Below are positions 37,991 to 52,658 of a DNA stretch of 64,000 bases, piece by piece. This DNA is from Octopus vulgaris (Eukaryota), in assembly GCA_951406725.2 (NCBI GenBank), contig OX597826.1, forward strand, positions 67,022,001 through 67,086,000. The letters are read 5' to 3'. Under the pieces are notes generated by a model. The model did no database searches. It saw only the letters and a program-made list of their open reading frames with translations, and was not told the DNA's origin. Position 1 is the stretch's first letter, and every line of letters starts with the position of its first letter. The position numbers and the translations under genes were made by a program.

Positions 37991-39281
37991 TCATTAGAAT
38001 TTTACAAACGATCAACAAATCAACGAAGTGTTCTGATAAATTAAACAAAAATATATATTGAATTTAAAAATATATATATATTTATATGGATGTTCTCGAA
38101 TTAGATAATGACGTTCTTCAACTAATCGAATAATATAAATAAAATGAAAATGTCGATAGCGTTGCAGGCAATAAAGATGAACTGAGAATAACTTGTTCTG
38201 CATCTCTTATTTCGGATAACAACAACAGCAATTTCAGTGGAGGCGCAGAGACGCAGTGGTTAGGGCAGCGGACTCGCAGGCGTAAGAACGCGGTTTCGAT
38301 TACCAAACCAGGCATTGTGAGTGTTTAGTGAGCGAAAACACCTAAGCACCACGAGGCTCCGGCGGGGACGGGTGGTGCACCCAGCTGTACTCTTTCGGCA
38401 CAACTTTCACACAACGACTGCAGCTACAGCAACAAAAAGGATTGTAAAAATATAAACCATACCAACAACAGTAGCAACAACATTTCTAATAAAAATAAAA
38501 CAAGAAAGACAAAAGATCATCAGCCACACCAACGGCAGCATCAGCAACAGCAACAACAGCTAAGCGACAACAAATGAAATAACAGTAACAACACTAACAC
38601 TTCTACTAACAACAATAAAAGCAGTAACAACAAAGAGGCAACAACGACAGTGGAGGCACAATGGCCCAGTGGCTAGGGCAGCGGACTCGCAGTTATAAGA
38701 ACATGGTTTCAATTTCCAGACCAGGCATTGTGAGTGTTTATTGAGCAAAAACACCTAAGCTCCACGAGGCTCCGGCGGAGAGGGTTAGTGAACCCTGCTG
38801 TACTCTTTCACCACAACTTACTCTCATTCTTTCTCCCTACTTCTGTCACAAAGCAGAGGAACCATGGTGTAACCCGCTATGGTGTGGCAAACTTTCAGAC
38901 CCTAGTCTACATTGCGAATCATCTGTACCCCAGGATGTTCCGGCTTCCATCCGTGAAAAGCCGCCGTTTACGGAATGAGGATAACAACGCAGCTTTCGCA
39001 CCTGTGCAACAGCCAGTCTATCGCTTGTGGTGGGTGGATCTTCAAGTTGCTACACACATTCTTAGTAGCCTAGAGCAGGCTCGAATTAGAGATTATTCTT
39101 TGTGGCTAATGGCGTGAGTCCTGATAGGAAGGAGAAGAAGAAGACAACAACTGCAAGGTTATCTTATCGCCTTCAAATTTTAGCATAAAGCCGGCAATTT
39201 CGGCGGAATTTGAGTTCAGAAAGTAATGACGGACGAAATACCGCTAAACATTTTGCGCGGCATGCTAACTGTTCTGCCACG

Positions 39282-39432
39282 GTGGTGTAGACAACAAACA
39301 GATGTATTAGTATAACGCTCGGGAAGTGAAAAACTCATTAACGTTTCGAGCCTACGCTCTTCCACAGAAAGGAACACAGAAAGAAACAAGGAGAGAAAAT
39401 AAAGAGTGTGTAGTGTCTAGCGATCTATCATG
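39282..39432 (-). mobile_element. Second copy of the 9677-9860 family with hammerhead-like motif
   Basis: Minus strand UUU-CUGUGGA-A-GAGC-guag-GCUC-GAAA-CGUU-AA (~39339-39370). Confidence 0.6.
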
Positions 39433-39707
39433 GCGAATGATGTATATATATATATATTTGTGTGTGTATCTTTGTGACTGTGCTTGTCCCGCCACCATCG
39501 CTTGACAATCGATGTTGGCGTGTTTACATCCGCTCCGCATCTTGGCAAAAGAGACCATTAGAATAAGCAATAAGATTACAAAGAATAAGGCAGTGCTCCA
39601 GCATAGCCGCAGTCAAATGGGTGAAACATGTAAAAGAACAAAAGAATAAGAGAACACACTAAAAATATGAGAGGGAAAAAAGTTCTTCAATAAACAATAA
39701 AAAGATA

Positions 39708-40103
39708 TTTCTACTCTGGGCACAAGACCCGAAATTTTGGGTGAGGGAGCCAGTCGATTAGATCGACTCTAGTACGCAACTGGTACTTAATTTATCGACC
39801 CCGAAAGGATGGAACGCAAAGTTGACCTCGGCGGAATTTGAACTCAGAATATAGCGGCAGACGAAATACCTATTTCTTTACTACTCACAAGGGGCTAAAC
39901 ACAGAGAGGACAAACAAGGACAGACAAACGGATTAAGTCGATTATATTGACCCCAGTGCGTAACTGGTACCTATTTAATCGACCCCGAAAGGATGAAAAG
40001 CAAAGTCAACCTCGGCGGAATTTGAACTCAGAACGTAACGGCAGACGAAATACCGCAAGGCATTTCGTCCGGCGTGTTAACGGTTCTGCCAGCTCGCCGC
40101 CTT
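39708..40103 (-). mobile_element. SINE family B dimer (head-body-tail2-body-tail1)
   Basis: Same layout as 19350-19748. Confidence 0.9.
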
Positions 40104-40131
40104 AACATTAGAAAGAGATATATATTTAGAA

Positions 40132-40165
<34 letters not shown>

Positions 40166-40416
40166 TAATAAATAAAACATATGCATATATGTATAGATAT
40201 ATGTACGTACCTACCTCTACATGTATATATACACGCATATATGGGTACAGGATACCAAAAAAACGTCGAACACAATGAGAAACGAAAACATAGACACAAA
40301 CCCAAGGAACTGGACATTTTTCTTAAACAACAAAAAAATAGAGTACAGGACAAATAACACAAGGAAAAAACCCCTTCTTCAGTCGCCATGGTTTCATCTA
40401 CTCTACGTTTCGAAGG

Positions 40417-40475
<59 letters not shown>

Positions 40476-41062
40476 TAAATATATATATATTAGAAAGGGA
40501 ATAGTTGCTGATTTATAGAATTCGGCAAGATCTATCATAAACAGCTGGAAACGCCACTGATTTCTATTTTGAATGAAAAAACATAATAGGAAAAATATTG
40601 TGTTACTAAATAAGCCATAAATATGTATATCCTATATATTTTGATTATTAATCCGCCATAATTTCTAAAACTGTCTGACGAGAAGGTCACAATCGTATAC
40701 ACACATACACACTCACACATACACACGGGCACACACACAATTACACACACACAAGCGCATATACATAATTACACGCATATACATACGTATATGTACATAC
40801 ATATAAATATATACGTATATATATGTGTGCGTGTGTATATATATATATGCAGATATATGCCTACACACATATATACATGTACACATATATATACATATAC
40901 TATTTAAACATACATACATAAATCCATATACATATATATATACCTATATGTATGTATATACATACATATATATAAATATATATATATATACTTAAACTAT
41001 TTAAACATACATATATACATCCATATACATAAATATTTATCTATATGTATGTATATACATAC

Positions 41063-41096
<34 letters not shown>

Positions 41097-41584
41097 GCAT
41101 ATATATATATATATACACAAAATATTTGTGTATTTGACCTTACGGCGAAACTAAACCGCTTCAAACTTCTTGCCTAATGTTGGAGTTCAGAATCACGTTG
41201 ATGTCCAAAAATAAATAACGTATTTATACAGGTCAAAATAAAAGCAACAAAAGAGCAATACCAATCGAAAATAGAATGAAAGAACAGAAAGAAGAATATT
41301 TAAAAAAAAAGTGTTTGAGAGAAACTTAGAGACGAAAAGGAAAAAAAAAATCAATAAGACGTATAGATTATGAAGATAAATATATAATTTTTGAAGACGA
41401 AATCGGTCAGATAAAAAAGCAAGAAGGAGAATGAAAGAAACTGACAACCTGGCTTAAATTTCATTTGACAACTGAGAGAAAAATTGAAAAAATAATTAAA
41501 GGATATATAGTGAAGAATTAAAATTAAGGTGGTACCAAGGAAAAATGTACCTAGCTAGGTCAGTATGTGTTTATAAATTGATAT

Positions 41585-42013
41585 TGGATCTTTTCACTTT
41601 GGCCGGCAGATTTTTAAAATAATTTCTATGTAACTAAAAAATTTTAAACTTCGTATACTGGTAGAATGTGTTTATTAAAACATCTTTTCCTCTTGGCTTT
41701 CTTGAGAAAATTCCGTAGTTTGTAACATATTTGTTGTTTAGTTTCTTGCATTCCGGCAATTTCAACCAATTCAACGCCGCCAGAAAATGTTACGGCAGAA
41801 ATTGTTTTCATCTCAATAGAAGTCATTGATTGGTTGAAATTGCCGAAATGCAAGAAATTAAACAACAAATATGTTACAAACTACAGAATTTTCTCAAGAA
41901 AGCCAAGAGAAAAAGATGTTTTATAAACACATTCTACCAGTATACGAAGTTTAAAATTTTTTAGTTACATAGAAATTATTTTAAAAATCTGCCGGTCAAA
42001 GTGAAAAGATCCC
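41585..42013. mobile_element. MITE with ~185-bp terminal inverted repeats
   Basis: (T/G)GGATCTTTTCACTTTGGCCGGCAGATTTTTAAAATAATTTC ... GAAATTATTTTAAAAATCTGCCGGTCAAAGTGAAAAGATCCC, flanked by AT on both sides. Confidence 0.88.
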
Positions 42014-42733
42014 ATGATATCTTTATACCCGTTATTATTTTAATCATTCGTAAAGAAGACAAAAACTTTTGACACACGATACACGACACTCACAGCACAA
42101 ACAACGGTTTACATAACAATATTGGTTTATTAGTAAAATTATATGAAGCATATATTCACTTCATCAGTTTTACTGTATCAATTATCATGCCGTTGAATTT
42201 AATCAATGATCAGTAATATTAGCATATAGCAATCGTTTATCAAAATTCATCGTAGAAAATACCTATAAAAGCAAGGTATAAATATGTAAAAGAACGTATT
42301 CATTATTACAGCTATAACTTCACGTATGAACATATCTATTTAACAAATCAGTAGTTGCTATTATGCAGATATCGTAAGTCATTTAAATTCTTCGATGGAA
42401 GATTGATAATACGTAATAAAAAGGAATATAAATATGTCTAACAACCAAACTATATCAATATATTCGACAGATATTTATAGTCAATTTACTCGGAAGCTGA
42501 GAAGTATTGATAGTGTAAGAATATATATCTATATATATACATATAAATACACGCATAAATGCATAAGTACATGCATACATATACATATATATGATGATGA
42601 TGATGATTTTCAAGTTATATTTTCCACCTTCTCACATTATTCCATAATAGATCCAAACTATTAATGTATATAAGATGCGAATCTCTTAAGGCGTCTATAC
42701 ATGGAAGACAAATAAATCTATTGAAGTAATTAT

Positions 42734-42793
<60 letters not shown>

Positions 42794-42823
42794 CATACAT
42801 ATATACAATAAACATAATATGTC

Positions 42824-42869
<46 letters not shown>

Positions 42870-43340
42870 CATACATACATTTTTTATTCAATTATTTACA
42901 TTAGAAAAATTCTCTATCTGTCAAGTAATGAACCACTATGCTGTGAATGATTGCTCGTTAAGAAAATTAGATAATATTTTGGTTTGCTTATCTACAGAAT
43001 ATAGAAATTTAAAGTCATACAACAATATTCGTAATATAGTTTTAATCAGTTAACAAGCAGTGTTCTTGTCTTTATATTAATTAAATATATTCATTTACAT
43101 TAACGTCCTAGGATCAAAAGAAAGTAATTATATCCGGGGGTATTCAGTGCAGGATTTAGACGCTTCTAGGTTATTTTCAAAACTATATTAATTAATAGTG
43201 AATCTTATCTTAAGTAGATTTAAATATTACTGTCGATAAAAATAGACTAATTTTAAAATTATTAGAGGTACGAAATATGATGAACACAGTCTATGTTATT
43301 CGTTATGTTTGTGAACATAATCAACTGTGTGATAGTTAAG

Positions 43341-43981
43341 TTAGTGAATGAGAGACGAATGAAATTTACACAGGTAAAGGTAAGATGAAAGAAATTTGCA
43401 CAGGTAAGGTAGTGAATGAAAGGTGAATGAATTTGCACAGGTAAAGGTAAGATGAAAGAAATTTACACAGGTAAGGTAGTGAATGAAAGATGAATGAAAT
43501 TTACACAGGTAAAGGTAAAATGAAAAGAATTTACACAGGTAAAGTAGTGAATGAAAGGTGAATGAATTTGCACAGGTAAAGGTAAGATGAAAGAAATTTA
43601 CACAGGTAAGATAGTGAATGAAAGATGAATGAAATTTACACAGGTAAAGGTAAGATGAAAGAAATTTACACAGGTAAGGTAGTGAATGAAAGATGAATGA
43701 AATTTACACAGGTAAAGGTAAGATGAAAGAAATTTACACAGGTAAGGTAGTGAATGAAAGATGAATGAAATTTACACAGGTAAAGGTAAGATGAAAGAAA
43801 TTTACACAGGTAGGGTAGTGAATGAAAGATGAATGAAATTTACATAGGTAAAGGTAAGATGAAAGAAATTTACACAGGTAAGGTAGTGAATGAAAGATGA
43901 ATGAAATTTACACAGGTAAAGGTAAGATGAAAGAAATTTACACAGGTAAGGTAGTGAATGAAAGATGAATAAATTTACACA
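43341..43981 (+). repeat. 68-bp minisatellite (~9.5 copies, dimeric subunits)
   Basis: Unit TAGTGAATGAAAGATGAATGAAATTTACACAGGTAAAGGTAAGATGAAAGAAATTTACACAGGTAAGG. Confidence 0.96.
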
Positions 43982-43989
43982 GAAGCACT

Positions 43990-44835
43990 TTCAAATTTAG
44001 CGATGCGTGAATGACCATGAAAAGCTCTGAGTCTGGTCATTTAGCAGATGACCAACTCCACTTACTTCTGAAAAGGACCTAACGAGTACAGTCACAAATA
44101 CATGTGGCCGAAAGAGGACTCCTCCGATGGATCTCTGGAACAATTTTAGCTCGGAAATTAGGAGGTCTTTGCGGGTGAATCTGTTGCTTTTCCGCATTGA
44201 CAGGTTACAGTTCCAGTACTAAAAATATGTGGTTATGATGCCGCAGGAAAGGATCGTAAGACAGGTTCTTCAAGCCGAACCAACCGCCTGGAATTGTAGG
44301 GGTTGACTACGAGGAAGTTACTTAGATAATAATCATAGTCGCATAGTCATAGACGCAGGCGTGGCTGTGTGGTAAGAAGCTTGCTTCCCAACCACATGGT
44401 TCCGGGTTCAGTCCCACTGCGTGGCACCTTGGGCAAGTTTCTTCTACTATAGCCTCGGGTCGACCAAAGCCTTGTGTGAGTGGATTTGGTAGACGGAAAC
44501 TGAAAGAAGCTCATCGTATATGTGTGTGTGTGTCTCTCCACTATCGCTTGACAACCGATGCTGGTGTATTTACATCCCCGTAACTTAGCGGTTCGGCAAA
44601 ACAGACCGATAGAATAAGTACTAGGCTTACAAAGAATAAGTCCTGGGGTCGAATTGTTCAACTAAAGGCGGTGCTCCAGCATGACCGCAGTCAAATGACT
44701 GAAGCAAGTAAAAGAATAGTCGCACTTGACCACGGTTGGGAATTCGGCAGGAAAGTTTTATGAGAGTTGTTTCTGAAAGGAATCTATGGAGGAGGAGGCT
44801 GAGGACTCTTCTTCGTCGACTCTTCCAGGAATAAT
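43990..44835 (+). pseudogene. 3' fragment of an RTE (Expander/Rex3-like) LINE interrupted by a SINE
   Basis: SSEIRRSLRVNLLLFRIDRLQFQY*KYVVMMPQERIVRQVLQAEPT...RG*LRGSYLD, resuming after the SINE as PRLGIRQESFMRVVSERNLWRRRL. Confidence 0.8.
44351..44715 (+). mobile_element. SINE family A with TSD ATAGTCGCA
   Basis: TSD at 44335-44343 and 44716-44724. Confidence 0.92.
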
Positions 44836-46609
44836 AGGCAACGAAAATGAAACGAAATATATATTAAAGACAAAGGAACAAAATACAATATATACATGAG
44901 TAAAAATATATAAGAAATAACGGCCAAACAAGTTATGTGAAAAGGTCGATTAATTAAGTAATACATAATTAAGATACAAATAGCAATAAGTTAAAACCAT
45001 TATGAAAATCAGAATATAAATAAGTTAGTACAATTACTATATAAAGTAGACGCTACATATAGGCATGATATGGTAAGACAAACAGAAGAAAATATATACA
45101 AATATATACATTCAATTACATTTACAGCGATGTATTTGAATATACTTAGATAATCATCTACACAAATTTAAACAGGTTATAACAATTCTTATTATATAAA
45201 GTTGTTTACCGATAATATAATTTAAATAAAGTTCAATTTGCATGTAGTAATGTAATGTAAAGTTAAATTCACAAGTTAGTAGTTACAGAGAGGAAACAGT
45301 GAAATTAAATATATAATCTTAAATTAATATTACTTTATCGCTACACAAATGGAACTTATGTACAAGTAATGTACATTGACGCAAATACAGCACACGCATC
45401 CGTAATATTAATTTGTATTTGCGTATGCGTATGTGTGTGCATGTTGTTTAAACACAAGCCAATGGAATATCTTTGTAATGTAAAATTATTGCGTAGAAGT
45501 ATTTATTGAATTCACAGGAGGATTCATCGAACCAAAAATAATGCTAGTTATTTGTATAGATATTAAGTAGCTTGGTAGTACGGGTATGTTTTTAAAATTC
45601 TTATTATACGATTTTTCCTTGGCAAACAGAATTTTGAGTGTTTCAACGATACACATTTCACATGACTTGTCATTTCTTATATATATATGTGTATGTTAGT
45701 TTTCAATATATTCCATTTCAGTTCAAATGGTGTATTGTTGTTCGTAAGTTTCCATATTTATCCAGACAATGATGTGGTGCTTCTTCTTTAAGGGGTTTCT
45801 GAAGGATTAGGTATAAGAAGCGAATCGTGACATTAGCATGAAAACCAAACATACATACATGAATACATACATACCTAAATACATGTGTACATACATATAA
45901 ACATAAGCACATTATATGGAAGCATTAAAAGTTTTTACTGAATATTTAAATCTTCGGATAGGCAACTGAAATCCGATGGACACATATTTGGACTGCACAA
46001 TTACAATTTCGAGATGCATTTTTTTTTACTGAGATATAATTTAACCATGTTAGATGGATCGATATTTTCTGTTACATTAGGAGGTTCAACAATATAGTTT
46101 AACAATATTTATATTTAAAACATCTGTTGTATCTATGCTGGACATTTCTAAGTGTAGTAATGAATATTTTTGCCAAAGGGTTGACCACTTCCATTTTATG
46201 AGAAGGAGTGTACGTTTAGATTTGTTTTTGTTGAATTCTATCTTTCCTAATTCCATCAAAATTTTGCATACACTAAAAGTGTTCTGTGAGCACCTTTCTT
46301 GTTGAAGCCGCACGATATCGTACGATGCAGATTATCCTTTAAAAGATTATGATGGCTGCAGCTGTTATTTGTTTAATAATCGTAGGCATCAGTAAGAATA
46401 ATGGCGAATGGGTCATAAAATAGCGTAGTTGTTGATGTTGCTGTTGTTCTTGCTGTTTAATGGGATCGCTCATCTGAGATGGATGGTTACAACTCTGTAG
46501 ACAGTTGTACGTATTACTCGTACATAGATATTGCATTTAAAGGCACTTAAGAGTGGGTTGGCTGAGAGTTACAAAGCAATTACAATGAACGTTAGAGCGA
46601 AGATATATG

Positions 46610-46671
<62 letters not shown>

Positions 46672-46731
46672 AATGTGTATGTGTATGTGTATATATATAT
46701 ATATGTATATATTTAAATGTGTGTGTGTATG

Positions 46732-46797
<66 letters not shown>

Positions 46798-47654
46798 GTA
46801 TATATATAACCACCTTTGTGGATTTCTGAACATTTTGCTGTCAATACTTAATCCCAGAATAATCCTGAATGAGAAGAGTTTTTCAGCAAAATTATCCAGC
46901 CGTGATCATTCCAAATTTATCTGTGTATACGGAAACTAAAATCACATTATCCAACGTGATCTTTTTAGTTGAAAGCTAGGTTGCGATTTGAGGAAGTTCC
47001 AGCTATTGTTTCTAGCCTATCAAATGATCACGCATGATACAGGGTCTATTTACGTTATCTGAAAGCTCATGAAGTGGTTATCATAAAGATACTGGAGCAT
47101 GTGGCTAGAATATTTAACATCTGAATAACTCATGCACTTTTGTCAAATGTTGCTATTGCTAACTGTAATCAAAAACAATCCAGCCATGACCACGCAATTT
47201 TTTCCAGACATTTTGTAAGCTAGACTGCGTTAACTAATGTGTCATCCTTTTAAGACAGAAGGGTGAGATTTTTAAAGAAGTTTGGTTGTTTCTAGCAGAT
47301 CAACCATCCCCAGAGAGGCTCACACAGTGGCACGTTTTGATAGCTATTGTAGTAGTTGTTTAGCTTCTGGTGAATCGAAATCATAATCAAAGACATTCCA
47401 ATTGTGGCTATCAAGCCAGTTGTTCAGACAGGACTATACTGGAGTAAAACGGCAGATTTTGGTTTTAGGGTAATTTTTTTAAATTTTAATTTATTTATTT
47501 AGTTTCAGCTCACAAGCTGTGGCCATGCTGGGGCAGCTACAATTTCTACAATTTTCTTACAGGATCATCGACCACATTGAAGATATAACTTCGACATGTG
47601 GTCTCCCCGGCCTGCATTAGGAGAAAGTTCATATTTATATGAGATTCGAATATT

Positions 47655-48230
47655 CATTCACTGCATCATGTTATTTCCAAGAAAGTGACTCTAATATTGC
47701 ATTACTCTTTCATGCGGTCTCTAAGAAAATTATGAGACTAAAGAGTATCTCCCCATTCGTGATGTCCCCATGAAGATTAGCCATGTGGCTCCAGTGTTTC
47801 TTAATTGCTTCATCATGCATCCAAGAAACCCACGTGACTCTAGACTCTGTATCAATTTTTATGACCTTCATGAATATCTGATAGACAGAGTTCTTTAACG
47901 CATCACATTTCTAGTGATCCCCGGTATTTCTTCAATGCACCATATTGTCTCCAAGATCACTGACTTAAGATTACCTTATTGTTTCATGTAGTCTCCAAGG
48001 GTCTCCTCGTCATTTTATGCTATCTCCTTAAATATTATTTGACCCTAGATTTCCTTCAGTGCTTCATGTATTTTCCAAGAAACTCAAGTTATCATAGACC
48101 CTCTCTTTGCTTCTCGTAGTTTCAAACTAGGTCGTGATTCCACAGTTTATTTCACTGTTTCATGTTGTCTCCAATGAATTTCTATAATTGTAGAGTCCCC
48201 TTACTGTTTCATTGGGTCTCAAGCTACATT
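47655..48230 (+). repeat. Ancient degenerate ~45-bp tandem repeat
   Basis: Recurring core approximately CACTGTTTCATGT(T/A)GTCTCCAAGAAA at ~47660, 47705, 47805, 47935, 47980, 48058, 48153 and 48203. Confidence 0.6.
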
Positions 48231-49065
48231 TTTGATGCTATTGATGTTGTTGCTCAGTTCCAACTCAGATCAGGTCAAGCAAAAAACTAGCATTTTCTCT
48301 TTCTCACACACGCTATAAAGAGGTCCAATACATCCTTCTTTTATCTAAGACTCTAAGATGTGATTTGAGACAGATTTGGTCGCTATATCTAAGAGGTTAA
48401 GCAACTACGTAGTTCCTCTGCTAGACTGGCTAACCTTCTATTCGTTCCAGCTGCTTAGTATCAGATCAGCCCTGATTTGTGTATGAAAGAAATTTCAGAT
48501 GCGATCATCTCGACGTTTTAGAAGAATGTGTAACCATATCGACAAAATATGATCATTCATTATTCCAATGATTTTTGGCTGCTGTTTCTAGGAGGCACGC
48601 CCTGTGTGCTGCAGATTTCCTCTGGTTGCTCTACTTTTATTGTAATGATAGGAAAGTCTTATTGAATATCTATCGATGAATTTGAAAGGTTTTTTTCTTC
48701 TCATTTACGTGCAATTCAGTGCTTTTTTTGTAGAGTAGATTTGACTTTTGGGGAATATCGAATCTAGAAGATGGTGATGATGATTACGATTATCATGACG
48801 AAGATGATGTCGATAAGAATGACGATGAGAAATACGAATACGATAAGGTTTATCGCGATTAATACAATGGCGGTGGTGCTGCTGGAGATGATGATGGCGA
48901 TGGTGATGATGAGGATGATGGTGATGATAATGATATTGATGATGATGGTGATGATGAGGTCGACGACGACGTTATTGATATTGCAACATCTGATTTACCG
49001 AAAGGTGAATTGGCAGGAAGCCGTCCTTAGAATATACTTCTGAAGAGAGAGAGGGAGAGAAAGAG

Positions 49066-49097
<32 letters not shown>

Positions 49098-49138
49098 AAG
49101 AAAGAGAGAGAGAGAAAGAGAGAGAGAGAAAGAGAGAG

Positions 49139-49180
<42 letters not shown>

Positions 49181-49863
49181 GTAAAATAATGATAATTTCT
49201 AAACCACAATTTACAATCTCCCCCTAACACGCCACCACCGGCACCGCGCCACCAACACCACCACCACCACCACCACCACCACCCCGAGATACAACATTAT
49301 CGCAACAAGCAACGCCACCACTCGTAGCACAAACGTTGCCAACACCTTCCATACCAAGACAATACCAACCCAGAGAGAAGTACAAACGTACACACATACA
49401 TAAACACAAAAGCATATATACATGCGCACACACAAACACACAAACGCACACACACACATAGAGAAATAAACGCACGCATAGTTATACATTCATATAAACA
49501 CACACATACTCCATCACATAATTGCGTTCGCCACAGAATAATGCATAGCAGAAAGGAATTTGTTGAACGACCCATAATCGTCTTTTGCCATAATTCTCAC
49601 AAGAATGCCACGTTTTTTTTACAACGTTGCTTTCAGTGTTGTTGTTGTTGCTGTTAGTGCTCTTACCGCTGCTGTAGCTGTTATTCCATATATACCTATG
49701 CATATACATACATATTTATATTACATATATATAAATATATACATATATATATATAAACATACATATACACATATACATATATACATATATATACATATAT
49801 ATATATATATAAATATACACATATATAAATATAGACATACATATATATATATACACACATATA

Positions 49864-49979
<116 letters not shown>

Positions 49980-50615
49980 CACACACACGCACGCACGCAC
50001 TTCATACATATCAACGTTTTCCATGTACTTCTCATAGATATTTACGCTATTACTCGCGTTGTGGTTTGTTAGTTGAGTTTTGTTTTGTTAGTGTTGCTCC
50101 TTTTCAAAGCGAAGGATGAATCTTGAATTCGTGCTTACCACCGCAAACACCACCACCACCACCACCACCACCACCACCACCACCACCACCACCACCACTA
50201 GCGTCATCACCATTAGTATTAGCATTACCTGTTTTATTTGCTTACATTTATCTATCTGTAAATCCAGTGCTGAAAATAATTCGATTCGAAGATGTAAACT
50301 AGAGTATAAATTTTATTCTAAGCCGCCATTTACACAAATTGTGACGATTAGTTTCACGTTTTAGCGATGTTGAAGCAATGAACGAGTGAAATGAAATAAT
50401 TTCAGATTAATATATAGGATAAATTCTGAAAAGTGCTGAATATTTAAAGTCACGAGTTTGTATTTACAGTTTTTCCTACTTACGAAATAGCTCTAGCGTA
50501 CACACACACACACACACACGCACACACACACACACACACACACTACCCTTACAAAAAGGTAGCAATATTCTCATGTATACACATATGTGTATGTTGGCGC
50601 GTGTGTGTATGTATA

Positions 50616-50683
<68 letters not shown>

Positions 50684-50724
50684 TAATAAACATTGAAAAC
50701 GTAATCAGTATTTTAGGCATTGTA

Positions 50725-50818
50725 TATAACACACCTGTTTCGGAAAGTGGATTGTAATTATTACGTAAACCAGTCGTATATACTATATTATACCATTGAC
50801 TTCTTCCTCGCTATTATC
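50725..50818 (-). ncRNA. Decayed hammerhead remnant next to (TA)n
   Basis: Minus strand AUAA-uagcGA-GGAAGAAGU...ACUUUCC-GAAA-C-AGGU-G-Ug-UUAU. Stems are retained but the core is mutated. Confidence 0.4.
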
Positions 50819-50950
50819 GGTGAAAAAGACAACAAAATCTAAAGAAAAACTCAGTATGAAATAATATCCATACCTTAATATACTCCGTATAAAAATTATA
50901 TGCCAAACTGTTGCCATAACAGAATCTGGTGTGACAAAGTGTATGCATAT

Positions 50951-51202
50951 CTCTTTTACTCTCTTTACTCTTTTACTTGTTTCAGTCAGTTGACTGCGGC
51001 CATGCTGAAGCACCGCCTTTAGTCGAGCAAATCGACCTCAGGACTTATTCTTTGTAAGTCTAGTACTTATTCTATCGGTCTTTTTTGCCGAACCTTAAGT
51101 TACGGGGACGTAAACACACCAGCATCGGTTGTCAAGCGATGATGGGGGGGGGAGAAACACAGACTCACAAACATATAAACACACATACACACACACACAC
51201 AC

Positions 51203-51238
<36 letters not shown>

Positions 51239-51401
51239 GACGGGCTTCTTTCAGTTTCCGTCTACCAAATCCACTCACAAGGCTTTATTCGGCCCAAGGC
51301 TATAGTAGAAGGCACTTGCCCAAGGTGCCTCGCAGTGGGACTGAGCCCGGAACCATGTGGTTGGTAAGCAAGCTACTTACCACACAGCCACTCCTGCGCC
51401 T
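50951..51401 (-). mobile_element. SINE family A, full length
   Basis: Near-consensus reverse complement. A 5'-half plus-strand copy follows at ~51655-51822. Confidence 0.92.
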
Positions 51402-52008
51402 ATATCTATTTATGTGACAACCATCGAAACATTCTAGCTTCAAGAACTTTACAACATCGCCGACGCACCTAGAATTTGGTATCAACTGTATTTCTTTTTC
51501 AAATGAAGCATAGTAACCATGCCTCTGTATTGTCATCTACTCTATCAATGCAGCTGTCATTTTTATTACCGTCTTCGAACATGATATGTGAATAGACGTA
51601 ATGTTTACATCCATGGAAACATACATGGCTGGTTTAAAATATTAAGTATATAGCTAGGTGCAGTCATGCTTGCTTGGCAAAAAAAAATTGCTTCCCAACC
51701 AAATGGTTCTGCGTTCTGCTCCAATGCGTGGCTTCTTGGGCAATTGTCTTCTGCTATAACGTCGGGCCGACCAAAGCCTTGTGAGTGGAATTGGTAGACG
51801 GAAACTGAAAGAAGTCCGTCGTGTATACATACATACATACATACATACATACATACATACATACACACATATATATATACATATATATATATACACATAT
51901 ATATATATACATATATATATACACACATATATATATATATATACATACATATATATATAAGTGCCAACGCACGAAACTCGGACCTTGAGTCACCCTGCTA
52001 CTTCTGCT

Positions 52009-52009
52009 A

Positions 52010-52062
<53 letters not shown>

Positions 52063-52211
52063 CAACAACAACAACATCGAAAAATACCTTGGGAATGAGA
52101 GCCCAGGTTCGAAATTGCCCCCAAGACACCGGATGAAGGCTGGAGGGTATATCAGCCGAAACGCTGTGTTAACAACAAAGAAGATGAAGACAAATGTAAA
52201 TAATGTAAATA
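52009..52211 (+). mobile_element. Second copy of the (AAT/AAC)n-hammerhead-tail family of 18398-18841
   Basis: CATCGAAAAATACCTT...CCCAGGTTCGAAATT...CAAGACAC-CGGATGA-AGGCTG..CAGCC-GAAACGCT-GTGTT. The core is mutated and no tRNA head is seen upstream. Confidence 0.85.
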
Positions 52212-52568
52212 GTGTTCTCTGTTGTTTCGCAGGTTCTCTCTTTTGTCACGTTTTTAACTGTTGCTGTTTTCGTTCGATGCATTTCGTTTCCAGTGCTCAG
52301 AACCGACGGCGAATTTAGTGAGTGTTAGAACATCAGTCAAAGTGGTTTGTTTTGTTTTTGTTCTGAATCTGGATTCCGAGTACATGAAGATGTCATCTTT
52401 GCCTCTCATCCCTCGGATCCAATAAATAAAATACTTGTCAAAGGCAGCGAACTGCTGAAATTGCGCGTTCGCTGTGTGGGTGGTGGGAATGCTTGGTACT
52501 ATTTCTTCCTTTGTCTTGTGTTCTTAACTGAAATCTCACTGTTGCGTTGTAAAGAGCATGCAGTACCT

Positions 52569-52587
52569 GATGATAATAATGATGATA

Positions 52588-52658
<71 letters not shown>

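Noticed and set aside
40368-40418. Permuted (type II) hammerhead on the minus strand: CCUUC-GAAACGUA...CUGAAGA-AGGGG
   Set aside because: No stem I pairing between the two core halves; more likely a truncated terminal-repeat fragment.
46080-46430. Possible ancient LINE RT on the minus strand
   Set aside because: Only a vague GFNKK resemblance to the GFR motif, too weak to call without a profile search.
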